Origin: Hormiphora californensis
Taxonomy: Eukaryota > Animalia > Ctenophora
Reading direction: 5' to 3'
Assembly (NCBI GenBank): GCA_020137815.1
Contig: CM035355.1
Span: 8,473,260 to 8,537,259, forward strand
DNA: 64,000 nucleotides
Below the pieces are notes generated by a model. It worked only from the letters and a program-made list of their open reading frames with translations, was not told where the DNA came from and did no database searches. Below are positions 61,285 to 64,000 of the stretch, one piece after another. Position 1 is the stretch's first letter, and every line of letters begins with the position of its first letter. Made by a program: the position numbers and the translations under genes.

Positions 61285-61715
61285 GCACGTTAGGGTGCGG
61301 GCACTTCCCATCGAGATAGGGATCTGAAAATTTACCACAAGAAAGTTCAAACGAATTTATTGGACACGTGTTTCAGGGTTTTTGCGATATCTCAAATATA
61401 AGGCCTGATTCTGGCCTTAAGAAAATTTTGGTCTGCGATTTTGAGCACGTTAGGGTGCGGGTACTTCCTGTGGAGATAGGGATCTGAAAATTTACCACAA
61501 GAAAGTTCAAACGAATTCATTGGACACGTGTTTCAGGGTTTTTGCGATATCTCAAATATAAGGCCTGATTTTGGCCTTTAGAAAAATTTGGTCATGAATT
61601 TTTGACTATTTTAGTGGCAGCTGTAGGTAGGGCAAACAATGACTTAGGGCTCTGAAATTTTTACACAAGAAACTTAAGACGAATTCATTAGACACGTGTT
61701 TCAGGGTTTTTGCTG
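61285..61715. repeat. ~160-bp tandem repeat, 2 full + 1 partial copies
   Basis: gcacgttagggtgcggg...ctgaaaatttaccacaagaaagttcaaacgaatt.attggacacgtgtttcaggg repeated at 61285, 61444 and ~61650. Confidence 0.85.
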
Positions 61716-61824
61716 TAACCTTTTTTGAAGACGGTTTACAGCTATTTCAAAAGTTGGTGTTTTGGCCTAAATCGGCCTAATTTAGGACACAATCCTTGTA
61801 TGTGTTGTGTGTGTGTGTGACGTC

Positions 61825-61995
61825 ACTGTGCCTGTCCCTGTGCCTGTCCCTGTGCCTGTCACTGTGACTGTCCCTAACCCTGTCCCTGTGACTGTCCCTA
61901 AACCTGTCCCGATCCCGATCCCGATCCCGATCCCGATCCCGATCCCGATCCCGATCCCGATCCCGATCCCGATCCCGATCCCGATCCCGATCCGA
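61825..61995. repeat. (TGTCCC)n and (GATCCC)n hexamer repeats
   Basis: Directly visible. Confidence 0.9.
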
Positions 61996-61999
61996 CCCT

Positions 62000-63230
62000 A
62001 CACCACTACCCACTGCGAAAACCCGAAACCCCAACCGACCCCGACCCCCGAAACACCCTAACCTAATCCCCTTACAAACCCTATACCCGAAGGAACCCTA
62101 ACCCTAACACCGAACCCTAACACCCAACCCATACCCGCGAACAGACCAACCACGAACCTAACCCCGAACCCCACCTAACCCAACCCGAACCACTACCCTA
62201 AACCCAACCCTAACCCTAACACTACACCCGAACCTCCGAACCCTAACCCTAAACCCTCCCAGACCCAACCCGAACCCAACCCTAAACCGTAACCCTATCC
62301 CTAACCCTAACCACAACCCTAAACCCGAACCCTAACCTACCTCCCTAACCCCGATCGCTCTAACCCGATGCCGCTAACCTCGATCAGCTCCTCAATACCT
62401 ACAAACCCTAACCCGTACCTAACCCTACACCTCCACACTAACCCGAAACCCTAACCCTAACCCCTACTACCCTACCCCTAACCTGACCCTACACCCTACC
62501 CCACCCCTAAACCCTACCCTACCCTAACCCCTAACCGCTAGACTCCCCTAACCCTTAACCCCTACCCCTAACCCTACACCTACCCAACCCTAACCCTAAC
62601 CTAACCCTAACCCCTCACCCTAACCCTAACCTAACCCCTAACCTAACCCTAACCCTAACCCTATCCCTACCCCTCCCCCTCGCCACGCTAACCCTCACCC
62701 ATCACCCTAGCCCCCTACCCCTCCCCCTATAACCACCCTACCCCTCCACCCTCCCCCTCCCCCTGCCCCCTACACCTCCCAGCCTGCACCCCCTCCCCTC
62801 CCCCCTCACCCCTCCCCTAACCCTACCCCCTACCCCCTCACCTAACGGCCCTACCGCCTGAACCCTCCCTAACCCTCCCTAACCCTAACCCTAACCCTAA
62901 CCCTAAAACCCTAACCCTACCACCCAACCTAACCCTACCCTAACCCTAACCCTAACCCTAACCCTAACCCTACCCTAACCCTAACCCTAACCCTAACCCT
63001 AACCCTAACCCTAACCCTAACCCTAACCCTAACCCTAACCCTAACCCTAACCCTAACCCTAACCCTACCCCTAACCCTAACCCTACCCCCTAACATAACC
63101 CAACCTACCCTACACCTAACCCTTAACCCTAAACCCTAACCCTAACCCTAACCCTAACCCTAACCCTAACCCTAACCCTAACCCAACCCTAACCCTAACC
63201 CTAACCCTAACCCTAACCCTAACCCTAACC

Positions 63231-63271
<41 letters not shown>

Positions 63272-63800
63272 CCCTAACCCTAACCTAACCCTAACCCTAA
63301 CCCTAACCTAACCAACCCTAACCCTAACCCTAACCCTAACCCTAACCCTAACCCTAACCCTAACCCTAACCCTAACCCTAACCCTAACCCTAACCAACCC
63401 TACCCCTAACCCTAACCCTAACCCTAACCCTAACCCTAACCCTAACCCTAACCCTAACCCTAACCCTAACCCTAACCCTACCCTAACCCTAACCCTAACC
63501 CTAACCCTAACCCAACCCTAACCCTAACCCTAACCCTAACCCTAACCCTAACCCTACCCTAACCCTAACCCTAACCCTAACCCTACCCTAACCCTACCCT
63601 AACCCTAACCCTACCCTAACCTAACCCTAACCCTAACCCTAACCCTAACCCTAACCCTAACCCTACCCCTAACCTACCCTAACCCTAACCCTAACCCTAA
63701 CCCTAACCTAACCCTAACCCTAACCCTAACCCTACCCCTAACCTAAACCTAACCCTAACCCTAACCCTAACCCTAACCCTAACCCTAACCTAACCCTAAC
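62000..63800 (-). repeat. (CCCTAA)n telomeric array, degenerate or noisy in its first half
   Basis: Directly visible; orientation opposite to 60915-61273. Confidence 0.95.
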
Positions 63801-63868
63801 CAGACAGGACAGGGACCGGGGGACGGGCAGGCCGGACAGGACAGGGACAGGTACAGGACAGGGGACCA

Positions 63869-63905
<37 letters not shown>

Positions 63906-63916
63906 ACAGGGACAGG

Positions 63917-63957
<41 letters not shown>

Positions 63958-64000
63958 CAGGGACAGGGGACAGGGACAGGGACAGGGACATTGGACAGGG
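63801..64000. repeat. (GGGACA)n hexamer repeat
   Basis: Reverse complement of the TGTCCC tract at 61825-61910. Confidence 0.9.

Noticed and set aside
60841-61350. ORFs of LT/NP dipeptides, and similar SL/ER/RD ORFs at 7.8, 29.1, 31.3, 33.3, 47.1 and 49.1 kb
   Set aside because: Translations of telomeric and microsatellite repeats.

Overview
Eukaryotic (animal) genomic DNA with short introns, not prokaryotic. Eight spliced or nested protein-coding genes can be read by eye: the 3' end of an AADAC/NCEH1-type esterase (+); a full SPT2/SPTY2D1 histone chaperone (+) with an unusual exon of 34 x 12-aa YSPKC repeats; an intronless BK-channel beta-subunit (KCNMB)-like gene nested antisense in an SPT2 intron; a calmodulin-like EF-hand gene (-); an RGS+PX protein (-); a PH-domain protein (-); a C2CD6/CatSper-tau-like gene (-); and an SLC35E1-like transporter (+). 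Introns and intergenic DNA are full of minisatellites and nested fold-back/MITE elements, and there is a degraded pogo-like transposase. The right end holds a Ty3/Gypsy element with identical 123-bp LTRs and an ATAG TSD, whose integrase is split by a 537-bp MITE. It sits in a CTAGTCCA satellite that runs into a (TTAGGG)n array, followed by an oppositely oriented (CCCTAA)n array. The most unusual patterns are tandem duplication of 3' splice acceptor plus exon start in five separate genes (up to ~22 copies), minisatellites built from RFX X-box motifs, and acceptors just upstream of most start codons together with a 120-nt gene spacing, suggesting trans-splicing or operons. Several stretches (~12.1-12.6, 20.6-26.2, 27.7-28.7, 62.0-62.9 kb) look like low-quality sequence. 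All family assignments come from motif recognition, not database searches; the taxon is not determined.
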